This document shows, piece by piece, positions 53,063 to 64,000 of a stretch of 64,000 nt of DNA (the stretch's first letter is position 1; each line of letters starts with the position of its first letter). The notes beneath the pieces are model-generated. The model ran no database searches. It saw only the letters and a program-made list of their open reading frames with translations, and was not told where the DNA came from. Where the stretch lies: positions 20,026,001-20,090,000 of the forward strand of contig OZ365110.1 in assembly GCA_977030845.1 (NCBI GenBank), given 5' to 3'. This DNA comes from Fimbriosthenelais zetlandica (Eukaryota). The position numbers and the translations under genes are program-made.

Positions 53063-56000
53063 ACCACCAGCCAGCGCAAATTCATTGTAAACATAACTGG
53101 ACGTCAGAAGCAATGCTTCGCTGTAATACATCAATTGCCTAGAGCTTTGTTCAGGGCTGTTTCCAATATGGTGAGAGTTTTGGCCAATATTCCCTCTTGA
53201 CAACACTTCGGGAGACAAAACCGCTTGAGAGAATTGATCTTGTTGTTTGAATCTGATTTCCATCCCGCCCAGAGAGTCGATGTTCATATCTAATTGATAG
53301 CGATATTTAAAGACGATCATCCATGTACTTCACGCATGTCATGGCAAAGACCCATTAATAATCCATGACTGGCTTCAATATGGCCACCAAAGAGAACAGA
53401 GAACCCCCCAGAGACAGTTCCTTCACAACAACATAAAAACATCCCCACTCCATGTTATATTCAAATTTGCTGCAGAATTCTGTTTCTCACATTGCTTCAA
53501 CATGCGATGCATTAAACAGGATGTTTCCTCTGAAGAAGTCAGACTCCAGAATTATTCCTTCGTTAGTTAGGAAAACAGGCATTGTTCATCTATTGGAATG
53601 CTCTAGTTAATTACAGGTCTCTGGGATCAATAAGCCTTGCTTTCTTGGGCAGGACTGGTCCTGATTTAAGAACTCATGCTCTGACTGATTTTAATTTTAC
53701 ACCACCCAAATTGCATTGGTAGCATCAAGTCAATTTTCAAAATGCAGAACTGATTATTGGGTGCTGGAACGATCATTGTCATCAAAATAGATTGGCGCTA
53801 ATATTGTAAAGCCAGGATTCCTCTGAAAAGACCAAAATGTGCCGACTTGCATTTTAACCATTAATAATATCCACGAAATGATGACGATTTACTTCTAAAC
53901 TTCTAACACTGCACTGAAACAGGACAAAGCGTATCATCAATGTGTATCGATTTGAATGACAAATATTAACAGCAGGACGTGCAAGCCCACCTACCATTTT
54001 CCTGTCCCTGAATGTTTGCCAATGTGAACACCGTGCGTTAATTTTAACAAGTGTTCCCTGAGTACACAGGCATGCGAAAGTAGCTCAGTAGCAGATAGCA
54101 TCGTGGTCTTGTATTTCACATTGCTTCCTCCCAGTCTTTGTTTTCTTTATCAGAAGTATTGAGCAAGACATTGGGCCCACATCAATCAACAATCTCTGAG
54201 GCTCTGGAATTCTATGCTGAACGATAACAGTCCATGGAATAAAGCGATTGGAAAGACTCGTTACATATACATAGTAAAGTGGGACTCTTCAATGTATCTC
54301 TTATTTCAATAAGGGTGGATAGAGATCTGAGCTTTGCTTTGTTTTGCACAAAGACCTTAGGGAATTGGCCGAATCTGGAAGCCCTTTGAACTGGACAGTT
54401 TGCTCTTTCCTAAGGTAATGGCTTCACCGCTGGGAATACCTTGGAATTGAGCCAGATTTGTAACTTTGGAAATTAAATATCCACCCCAGTCAGCTGCTAC
54501 TCCATCTACTATACGATGTCTGGAGTAAGCTCATAGCTGGCTATGTAGCTCCCCGACCCCTATCGCAATATTATAATGGTTCCATCGCGTGAGGGAGCCA
54601 GAAAAGGCAATAATATCAGAGGTCTATATCAGATAACGATATTTTGATGTGCACTACACGACAGTGTCTGGTAAATCTACTATTTTCCTACACATCAGTC
54701 CGGACTGATCGACATCATTATACAAAAATCATAAAAGAGTAATATTCAATGATTGTTAATGCAGAAGTGATATACACTTAAGGAACCAAACACGCTAGCA
54801 CTATCTATAGAGATCATGTGTAGGATTTATAAGTTACATTTTGACATTAAACTCTAGAATGTCTGCAAGTTCAACAATATCATACTTTCCAGAACATTGC
54901 CTACATGTTTAGATATTTGATATCTTGTTCAGGATATCTGTTTGCTGTTTGCTGATACGCAATATCTAATTGGATGATAAATCAAATTTTTGACTTTAAC
55001 TAGTAGTTATTGAACCGTTGGGAATATTTATAGGCACAGGCAAAGGAATATTGACATTGTAAAACCCAACCTAAGCGGCCTCAAATCTAGATGGTCAATA
55101 TGGTCCTTGTTTGGAAGACAAACTGACACTTGGATGATTTACTAATATCTTCATACTAGATGGAATACTAAGAAACTCTTTCTTCCAACTGGTATAAAAG
55201 AAACAATAACAATGGGAATGGTTGTATCACTTGGGAACACTGGAGGTCCAGGTAAATATCATCTACAAGTATCTCTGGAAATTAGGAAAATCGAGAATTT
55301 ATTTGTTATTTTGTTAACTTTGCTTGTATGTGTGATTATTTTCAAAGGTTCCTTCCGAGGTGTTGTGTAATACTCCTTTCTCTACTTTTGTATGTCGCCA
55401 CTGAATTATAATGATAGATGAAATCCGTACCAGACTAAGTGTATGGACATTTTTGGTTGAAGGCTTAAGCAATTGGATGATCGTTATTGTACTTTTAAGG
55501 GGGATAAATAATTTATCTCAGTTCTTTGTTCGCATGCTAAGTGAACATGAATCAAAGGTAAAACAAATTATGATCACTGGGCCTACTTGATGGTGCTTTA
55601 GCAATAATGGCCCATCCACGTTGCCTCATAAGTGGTTTTCTATGGATTTGATTAAATTATGTCTTCGTGGTTTCCCCCTCAGACCATGGTAGGTACAAAG
55701 CTTCATGGCATTTATTGAACTTGAGTGATTTTGTCTTAATATAACTGAAGTGACTCTTCAATCCAATGTGAAAGAGTATATTGTCAGCCCCAGAATTTAG
55801 GTGGATAAGAGTCTGTTATGATACTTTCAATGTAAAGTTGGTTTACTAATTAATTATAATAACCTGAGTAATTGATGCTGTAATCGAAGCAAAGCCAGGC
55901 AATGTATACAATAACCCATCTGATATTGAGATTTAGCAAAGTCATCTAGCATCTGCCCTAACTGATATATAACACTGTTCTGAGCGAACCAAAATCAATG

Positions 56001-59000
56001 TAACCATGCAATGGTTGATTTCAATATAACCTGTTGTTGATCATTTGGTTATGTACCAGAATACCAGTAAACCCTGAGGGAAATGATGGTCATTCAAGAG
56101 TACTTGGGGGTACTCGAGTAGTGATGGATATGCTACCTATGTGTCATTTCCTGCTCAGGTTCAGGTATGTCCTGTGTCTAAAAAAGGACATAGCTATTAT
56201 GGAACATTTGCACATTTTCAGTGGGGTTTTGCGTACGTGTAGATGCATCAAAATTACTGCTTAAGACAGATTATTCTCCTAGATGTATATACACAGATCT
56301 AAGTATATGTTTAATCTCGGAGTTCGTACATATTACATATCAACCTGACCAGTTTTTCCAGATAGACTATCCATATTCAAGAACCTCTTTTATGTAACTG
56401 ATTGTACCTCATAGATTGTCCTAATTGGCATACTAATAATGAAGAGAGATTGATGTTACTCATTGTCTGCCTGCATCTATTAGAGTTGAATAAGTTCTCC
56501 TGACGTTTCACCATGCAGTAGAGAGGATGGATCGAGTCTTGCTCACTAAGAGCCACTCTGTAACCGGTGCAAATATTGAGCTGCTCTCACCAGCTGAGTG
56601 TCTGGTGAGGGGGTGGTCTTGTTCAAGCAGTAGGCCCTATTTTAACTCTGTTTTACCAATGGGCGTCCTATATTTTTCTAGCAAAAGATCTGAACATTTT
56701 TTCAGTTTATACATGCTGAGTTAATGATTGGCTAGCGCCGTCTACCCTCTAGTTAATTAAATCCCTCTTCGTCATTTTAAAAAAGAAATACGGGTCAGGT
56801 GGTTTAAGAACACAAGAGTACAACAAACAAATATTTTTTTCCTTTATCCCGCACCCTAATACACTCCTATGTGATTGACTTAAATGAGACAATCTAATAG
56901 ATATCCGAGTGCATCTTCTGCTGTGATGTGAGGACTTGCTAATTCATATTGACAATTAAGTCGAGGGAGATGTGGCTTATTTCCCTGTAATACTGACATC
57001 AAAAAGCTTATCAGCATGAAATAACTTTGAAGTCCCCACTCATGCGTTCAGTGCTATATGGCGTTATGAGATATATGATAAAGGGTTGGCATACCTTGAG
57101 CTGGGATAGACCTGTACTTAAAGGATCCATCATTGTGCTATCATCAGCTAATTCCCATCACGTTCCGCCAGGGGTCCAGGCGGCTCGTCAATCCTTGATT
57201 CTGGGAATTGACATATGGTGCCTACTCACCTCTGGGCATCGATGGTGCTATGGATCCCTCCCATAGAGTTCTACCCCTAAAATAACCGGGCCGTGTGAAG
57301 GCTGATAAAATACAAGCTGGCTCATTGTATAGGGAAGCCAGTTTGTTATTCAGACAAGGAGGCTTATAGTACTTGGCCATGTGTGCGGTGTTCGCTGGAG
57401 ATTATGAGTGAGGATGGAACATGGAAATGAAGCCGACCAATCCATCAAAAGATATAAATCTGCCAAACCTGCAAAATTAATGGGCTGGCTTTGGGAAGGC
57501 CCATAGGCCTAGCCTACAATCTAAAAACTCGGGTCTCTATGTAAGTGAAATGGATATATATGTGTTTGATAAAAAATAAATTATTTCCATTATCTTATCT
57601 TATTATGAATTACAAATTGAATCAAAAGGCCAGAAGGTTCTTAGATTTAAGGTCAAATTAAGGACTCGATTCTATGAGATATTTGATAAGCGCAGTATTT
57701 CCAGAGGCTCTAATAAATCCCCAAAGGGCTGAACACTCAAGGGAAGGAAAGTATAAAGCCTTCCCCCGCTTGGCTTTCATCCTAGTAAACAGGAAGCAGT
57801 CTGGACATACACGTTGATACGTCGATCATAAAATGAACATAATGATACATCTTGTTCTTCTAAAGGAAATCCCTATTATGAAACCCTTAAATGAGACTCT
57901 TATCTGTTGTCCAATCATTTGACATTTCAAAATTTGCTGTTGGCTATGTCAGGTAAAAAAAAAGAGAACAATATCCCTTAAGAACGTATGACCTTTTTTC
58001 CTCCTAGTAATGATATAGTCTACTTATTTGATTGTACTTGTTTTGTACCATTCTGTAATTTGATAAATGTCTTAAATTATTGAAAACCTAGCAAATATTG
58101 AAACGCCTAGCGACTGATCGATTGTGGAATCATCAAAAGTCCCCAGTTGATTATAAGTACCTCACACATCACTACAGATGGCGCCTTATATCAGTTGTCA
58201 CCCTTGAAAAAAACAGTTAGCTGTGAGTTAAAAGACTGGCAAAGGTTAAGTTCAAAAGGAGAATTAATTGATTGTACTGAGCTTGAAGACTAGCTTGAGT
58301 TGGTCTCTCTGAAGGTGGTTGTCACTGTAAGGAGGTTCACCACCATCACCTTGGCTGTGATGCCTTAGATCACTTGTGAAGAGTCCATAGATCTGAAAGA
58401 TCTACTTAGTTGTGTAGTTAAGGTTCAGATCAACTGTACATATACTATATAGAATTATGTCCATGTGTACACGGGACTGTCTTGTTGATCATGATTTTTA
58501 AAACAGTTGAATAGATTGTTTAACCAAGGTCTGATCTACCAGTGGAGCTGCTGCCATTGGGCATTGTCCTAGCTAGTTAGTAAAAGATGTCAGTTATTCC
58601 AAGGTTGCATGGCATCTTGGCTCAATAATAAATCATCATTGATCCTCTTTTGTAACTGGCTATTCATGTAAATGATCAATATTGTTTTTCTCTGGGAATT
58701 AGATTGCAAAGTAGAGCCAGACTCTGGCTAATCATTAATTAGCGAAAGAGGAGTTGTGAAGACATTAGCTATTGACCCCTTGATCGATGTTTCCATGACA
58801 CACAGTCCTAACCTGCAGGTTCTTCTATACTTCCATCTACGACCACATCTCCATTACACGGTACAGAAGGTTGCTTGACAACATTTCAAAGTGGCTAAGC
58901 TTTTGCCAATGGAAAGTGTTTCTCATTGGAAGCCCACTGTTTTTGGTGTGTGGTTTACCCACCTCCCGCAGCGCCACACGAATGTAGGAAGCCAATTTCA

Positions 59001-61689
59001 CATGAGGTGGAGCCACCCTGTCCTGGCTTCCCCTTACAATGGCGTGTTTGCCCTATAGACGTCTCTGGTTAGCCGCAGTCCTATAATAGGCATAGAAGCT
59101 AGGAAGATTCAGGAATGGTGACCAACGCAAATTATTTAAGCCTTTTTAAAAACTTAGTCAGGTGACACAAGTATATTTCTACGAGGGACTGATTTTTGCA
59201 ATTTTGTGCCGAATGCTGGATAATCATTGTCCAACAAATTTCTAAAGGGGAAATTCTTAGTCCATTGACCTTATGAAGTATAGTTAGTAATTAGTCAAGG
59301 AAGTGTTATCAGCAAGGCACATTACTGGTCTAAGCTAATTTTTTGCTTAACCGCCCATGACCCATATTCAATTGATTGCCTGGCCTATTGATTGTCTCAT
59401 CACGTTGGACTCATCATCTCTACCCTGATGACTGGGGGGCACAGAGAGATCAACTGAAGCTACTTATATTTTGTATATTTTTCGGATTGCTACTAGATCC
59501 TCCTGCTGACGTCACCCTTCCATACTAAATCATTATTATTAGGGATAGTGGAGTGGATAAATTGGTATACTGAGGGACTTAGGATGGTTAATGTCCCATT
59601 TCATGGTCCATAGATCGTGTTTCTTCTAGCAAATGACCTCTTACTCTACAGTCAGAGTAATATCAGTAATGCAACTACTATTCTTAAAGCGTGGACCAGG
59701 AAAAAATGTGTTAGACTGAGAATATCTTGAACCTTAAGTTTTACAGTTTGTAAAGAAACCTGAATTTGTCCTTCGATTAAAATTCTTAGATCTGATATTA
59801 ACCACACATGAAATTTATCCACAAATATAAAAACAAATATATTATTATGTTCAATCCCCGGTTACCATGGAAATATATAAATGCTTGCACTTGCCACCTA
59901 TTGCATCATTGGCAACTATATATGGCTATATATTTGATACTTGACCAGAGAAAGAGCGGGCAAGATACCTCTTTGCCACGGTCTCTGCCCGAGGAAATAC
60001 CTCTCCAGCAATGCAATGAGCACCAAGTGGAAGACAAACCACTTGATTGATCTATGCAAATATTTCAGCAATAAGGCAGTATATGTGCTGGACGTGCGGT
60101 GAGGACAGATGATCCATTAACATTGTTTGGGAATAGAATCATGGACATTTTAATGGTTTCAGTCAGCTCTCAACTGGACATTTTAATGCATTCCAAAAAA
60201 TCCTTTAAAAAGCTGACTGCACACGGTTTCATGTCGTCTATGTTTCAGTTGTTGACGAGATAAATATTTTTCTTCGATCATTTGCAAGTCCTATATTGAA
60301 CGAGAGATTGGCATCCATTTATAAGATCGTATAATAGCAATTAAAATAAGATAATAGAGTATATACATTAGTAAAACCGAAGCAGAATGCTTTTACAAAA
60401 CTTCATTGAACAATTCATCGCTGAACTCCATTCACTGAAAAAACTCCTCATTTCTGCTTAAAATCAGCCCATTTGCAACTTAGCAGCGAATGGATATGAT
60501 ATTGGATATTGTCCCATTGATGAAGCATAACGGTTGATTTAGCATGGTATATATCAGTCCCATTTTTAGAGCTGCTCCTTGGTGAATTGAACCTTGACCC
60601 TGTGCACATTCTCGGTATATAGCTCAAGTTATTTGCTCTCACTCTGTATTGAGAAACGGCTGCTTGGATGTTGAACCCTCCATAGTGGATGATGGCCAAC
60701 GTATATTGAATCCTTAAGTCCCCCATCTATCAGGCAATGCACGACTGGCAGTAGGCTGAGGTACATATCTGTATATTTCCACACGCTGTCAAAGAGAAAG
60801 CCCGGGGAAAAATCAATGAGGATGGCACGGCAATGAAGCCTACCACCCCTTCCGAGAAGTGGGTTTGGGAAGCCCGTGATATGGACTTATTATCTATCTG
60901 CTGTGTTGCTTGTCTGTAAATGTACCCAGCGTCTTGCGTGTATTTAAAGGCAACTGAAAGAAGGCCCGGATTGCTGGCACTTTGTTGCGCAATCTGACAC
61001 AGTCAGATGAGGACGATAATTGATGCGCTTTGCATAATTTAAATAGCCTATTGTATGGCCGCGGGTGTTCTGCTGAGTGATGAGGGACGGATGGAAGACG
61101 ATATCTAAACATGATGTTCTCTACTGCTGCTTCCTCTACTTATTCCTTCCTCCTTCTCTCTACCCTCCCTGCACGTCCCGCCTTTTGTTTTCTTGGTTTC
61201 TCTTACTCACTTTCTTTCTTCATCCTTCCTTCCCATGCTCTGAATATGGATGGCGTTTTAAGTTCATGGCCTACCCTTTCAACTTCTCTTTCCACAAGAG
61301 CGCCATATGCATGCCAGGTGCAGTTACATTGCAATGTTTTCAGTTTTTAATCAATTGTATTGTTTGCGCTTAAAGTTTCCTCGGAAGCACACATCCCAGA
61401 TTGTTCTCCAAACTTTATTTCTAATGATTGGCCAGGGCTCAGATTACAGACAATGGAACTGAGGCCAGATAAAGGCTGATTTAAGCACTTAAAATGTTTA
61501 AACTCAAGACGGAAATTTGAGTGTTTCTACTGTTTTTGTACAGTTTCCTAAGATGCACGGGTGTCCTTTCTCCTTTTCAAATTTCCATACCCCCATACAG
61601 CTGCATGAAAGACCATTTTTACAAAAAGCAAAAATTGGCTAATAATTTATTCGATGCGAATGCGGATTGTTCCTTTCTTGCATTTTAAA

Positions 61690-61900
61690 CGTGGAGTTTG
61701 TATTATAATGGACCCTGGCTTTTGTATTCCCCTGGCTCTGACCAGGCCTTTCAAGTAGCTTCCCTGTGAGAAGGCTGCTATATAGCATCGTTGAAGCTTT
61801 GTCAGGACGGATCTTGCCTGGGCATTAGAACCTTCTTCCTGAAAACCTACCCCCTTGGAGAGGGAGAGATCAGGTTTTGTAAGATAGGATCGACAAGCCA
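61690..61900 (-). mobile_element. Degenerate L2/CR1-type RT fragment
   Basis: CRSYLTKPDLSLSKG....GSNAQARSVLTKLQRCYI resembles WF.SYL..R.Q.V...GVPQGSVLGPLLF.IY. Confidence 0.38.
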
Positions 61901-62685
61901 ACAAGATCGATGATGAAAGATGTGGTCACTGTGAAGTGCAGAACAGAAATTCGCCCCTCCAGCCTCTAACCTCTAGCTAAGTTATTCAAACATTTTGGCG
62001 GACATTTCCAATATATATGTCCAGATAAGCTGTGTGCGGTTTCTTAAGTAGAATGATTTGACTGGTTAGCCTCAACTAGTGGCATTTGCCCTTCTTTTCT
62101 CTGGCTTTTCATATTATGGCACAGAATATGAGAGCTAAGGATGATGAACAGCTTGGTGATGCATTGCCACACTGGTGAATGACTCTTTGGATTTCCTGAG
62201 CTTTTCGTCCTGAATACTCTACTCCAATGCCAAAGTCTATACTGCCAATACTGATGTATAGGTAATTCATGTTTTGAGGTTTTTTAATTCACATTTTCTA
62301 TTTTTCTTGGTAAAATTATATGGACCCCTACGTGTATAGTGTTGTATATAGATGGGTCCGCAATAGATCATTCATTCATTTATACAAATTCATAAAAATT
62401 AATAATGAAGGGGTACATATATTTAGAGAAAATCACTTCCTTTTCACAGCCTTCCAAGTTGGCATCCGCCGTACCACACTATCCAATTAGGGATACATGG
62501 TGGACTGAATAGTAGTCTAGCAGCCATCCGTCTGAAGATTGTTTTCTTCGACTTGTTCCAAAGCCAGTGCAATCTTTCTACCTTTGGCTTTAAGATAACT
62601 GATTACTCATTGCCATTGAAGGGACTGGGATGTTAGCACAGTATGATGACTGCCAGATTTCCTATAGTTCCTCTTCAGCTTCAAA

Positions 62686-62760
62686 GGGAGAGAGAGAGAG
62701 AGGAGGGAGAGAGAGAGGAGGGAGAGAATGTGTGGGTGGGGGAGGGAGAGAGATGTGGGA
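62686..62760. repeat. GA-rich compound microsatellite / G-rich tract
   Basis: gggagagagagagagaggagggagagagagaggagggagag...gggtgggggggaggg is directly visible. Confidence 0.9.
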
Positions 62761-64000
62761 GTTGAGAGCTGATCTCGGTTTCACTGATCTCATTGTCAGA
62801 TGCCCTGAATGGATGGCTCCCACAACACACCTGCTAATAACTAGGCTTGATTAATCGGATCTAGCTGGGGTCGAATCTATACTTCCATATTTTAGAGTTC
62901 CACTAAGCAAAGGTCAGCCTTTTAGGATTGATTGAATCTTTGGAATTTTTCCTTTGTAATCTCACAAATCCAGTGTCTAAATCCGTGTGACAACACAGGA
63001 TTTAGTCGACTTTACCTTATTGTACAAGGATGGATGAACTGTTGATAAACCTTTGCATGTCAGTAGGAAAATGGCTTCACAAAATATGATATTACTTGTT
63101 TTTCATAGATAATGGATACAATCACGCATACCATTTTCATAATAAAAAGGTCTATTTTGACCCCATTTATTGACCAATTTCGAATGATTATAAGGAATCG
63201 TTTCTTGATTTCAACATATATTAATGGACCTTCTGCACATGGCTGTCTGTTACCTCATTTCCCATGTCTGCAACATTATCAGTAATGAACCCGATCGCTC
63301 CTGATTTTATCCAATTTTCTCCATGATCCCTTTATATGGCCAGGTAACTCCAGCGAGAAAGCGGGAAATTCCTTTTTATTTGTCCATACATATTTCATTT
63401 TACAGTCTTGGTGCCGCCCCTGTGTTGTGGTCCATGCATATAAACCAACGCTTGTTTCGGCGAGAATATATACCCTGGATGAATTTCCTGCACTGAACGA
63501 TGTAAAATACGGCCTCTGGGTACCATGAAACTGACCTTTCACTGTATAGCACACCCCTAAAGCCCAGGGCTTAAAACCTGGAAATGACCTTCCCTGGGAT
63601 TAAGCCAATGTCACCACTCGAGTATATCACGCCAATAACGAAATATCCTCTATGCTGACTCAATAATGTATGACCTCTCTTTGCAGGTCAATATGCCTTG
63701 ATTGCAGGACTTTGATCTATAAGCATAATTATTGCCCCCATGTGTATGCAAAAGTTTTGCCCTTTTACAGTAAATTCCCATGCTCTCCATTCAGAGCCAT
63801 TAACTGCAGCATGGGTGTTATATATACCTTCCTGCTCCGACCATTTAAAGGAGAAACCCCCTTTGGAGTTAGGCAAGCAATCAACTTGCCTGCCCACCAA
63901 GGGAGTATGCCATGTCGCAACATCTGTACTTTGATTGGGAAAATAAACCAAGAAGATTAGGAATTTTGATATACAATCCCCTGAAAGTTGCTTCCTGTTA

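Larger units (their letters stand above)
1..64000 (+). other. Inferred interior of a very long intron of an unidentified + strand gene
   Basis: Inference from three strand-consistent composite splice sites and the absence of any recognisable coding exon. No exon of the host gene was identified. Confidence 0.6.

Noticed and set aside
54395-54420. tttgctctttcctAAG|GTAATG as a further recursive site
   Set aside because: AAG acceptor and non-consensus donor, much weaker than the three main sites.
57220-57240. Minus-strand AG|GTGAGT
   Set aside because: Preceded by GAG with no pyrimidine tract. Kept only as a negative control.
58790-59000. Possible DIRS tyrosine recombinase C-terminus (LREVG...SGLPMR...MWS)
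   Set aside because: The catalytic H-x-x-R and GRW.S motifs are too degenerate to support a call.
1-64000. tRNA, rRNA or snRNA genes
   Set aside because: No convincing cloverleaf, A/B-box pair or known RNA motif was seen by eye. tRNAscan-SE or Infernal would be needed to exclude them formally.

Overview
AT-rich eukaryotic (most likely animal) non-coding DNA. I found no convincing host protein-coding exon, RNA gene or intact ORF. The listed ORFs are random, come from a minisatellite, or overlap decayed transposons. By-eye translation finds many old, stop- and frameshift-riddled transposon remnants (DIRS/Ngaro RNase H, RTE, L2/CR1, L1/Tx1, a gypsy protease, a mariner fragment), a 43-bp minisatellite of about 17 copies, several microsatellites, and islands with no recognisable repeat that are rich in homeodomain/Sox-type motifs. 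The standout signal is three + strand composite splice sites (branch point, long AG-free pyrimidine tract, YAG|GTRAGT) at 1386/1387, 23919/23920 and 48153/48154. They are spaced 22.5 and 24.2 kb apart, and each is followed 43-52 nt later by a second donor that defines a short cryptic exon with stops in all three frames. This is the architecture of recursive splice sites (ratchet points). It implies the window lies inside a giant intron of a + strand gene that is removed stepwise. Neither the host gene nor the organism can be identified from the sequence alone. All transposon calls come from manual motif recognition, not database searches.
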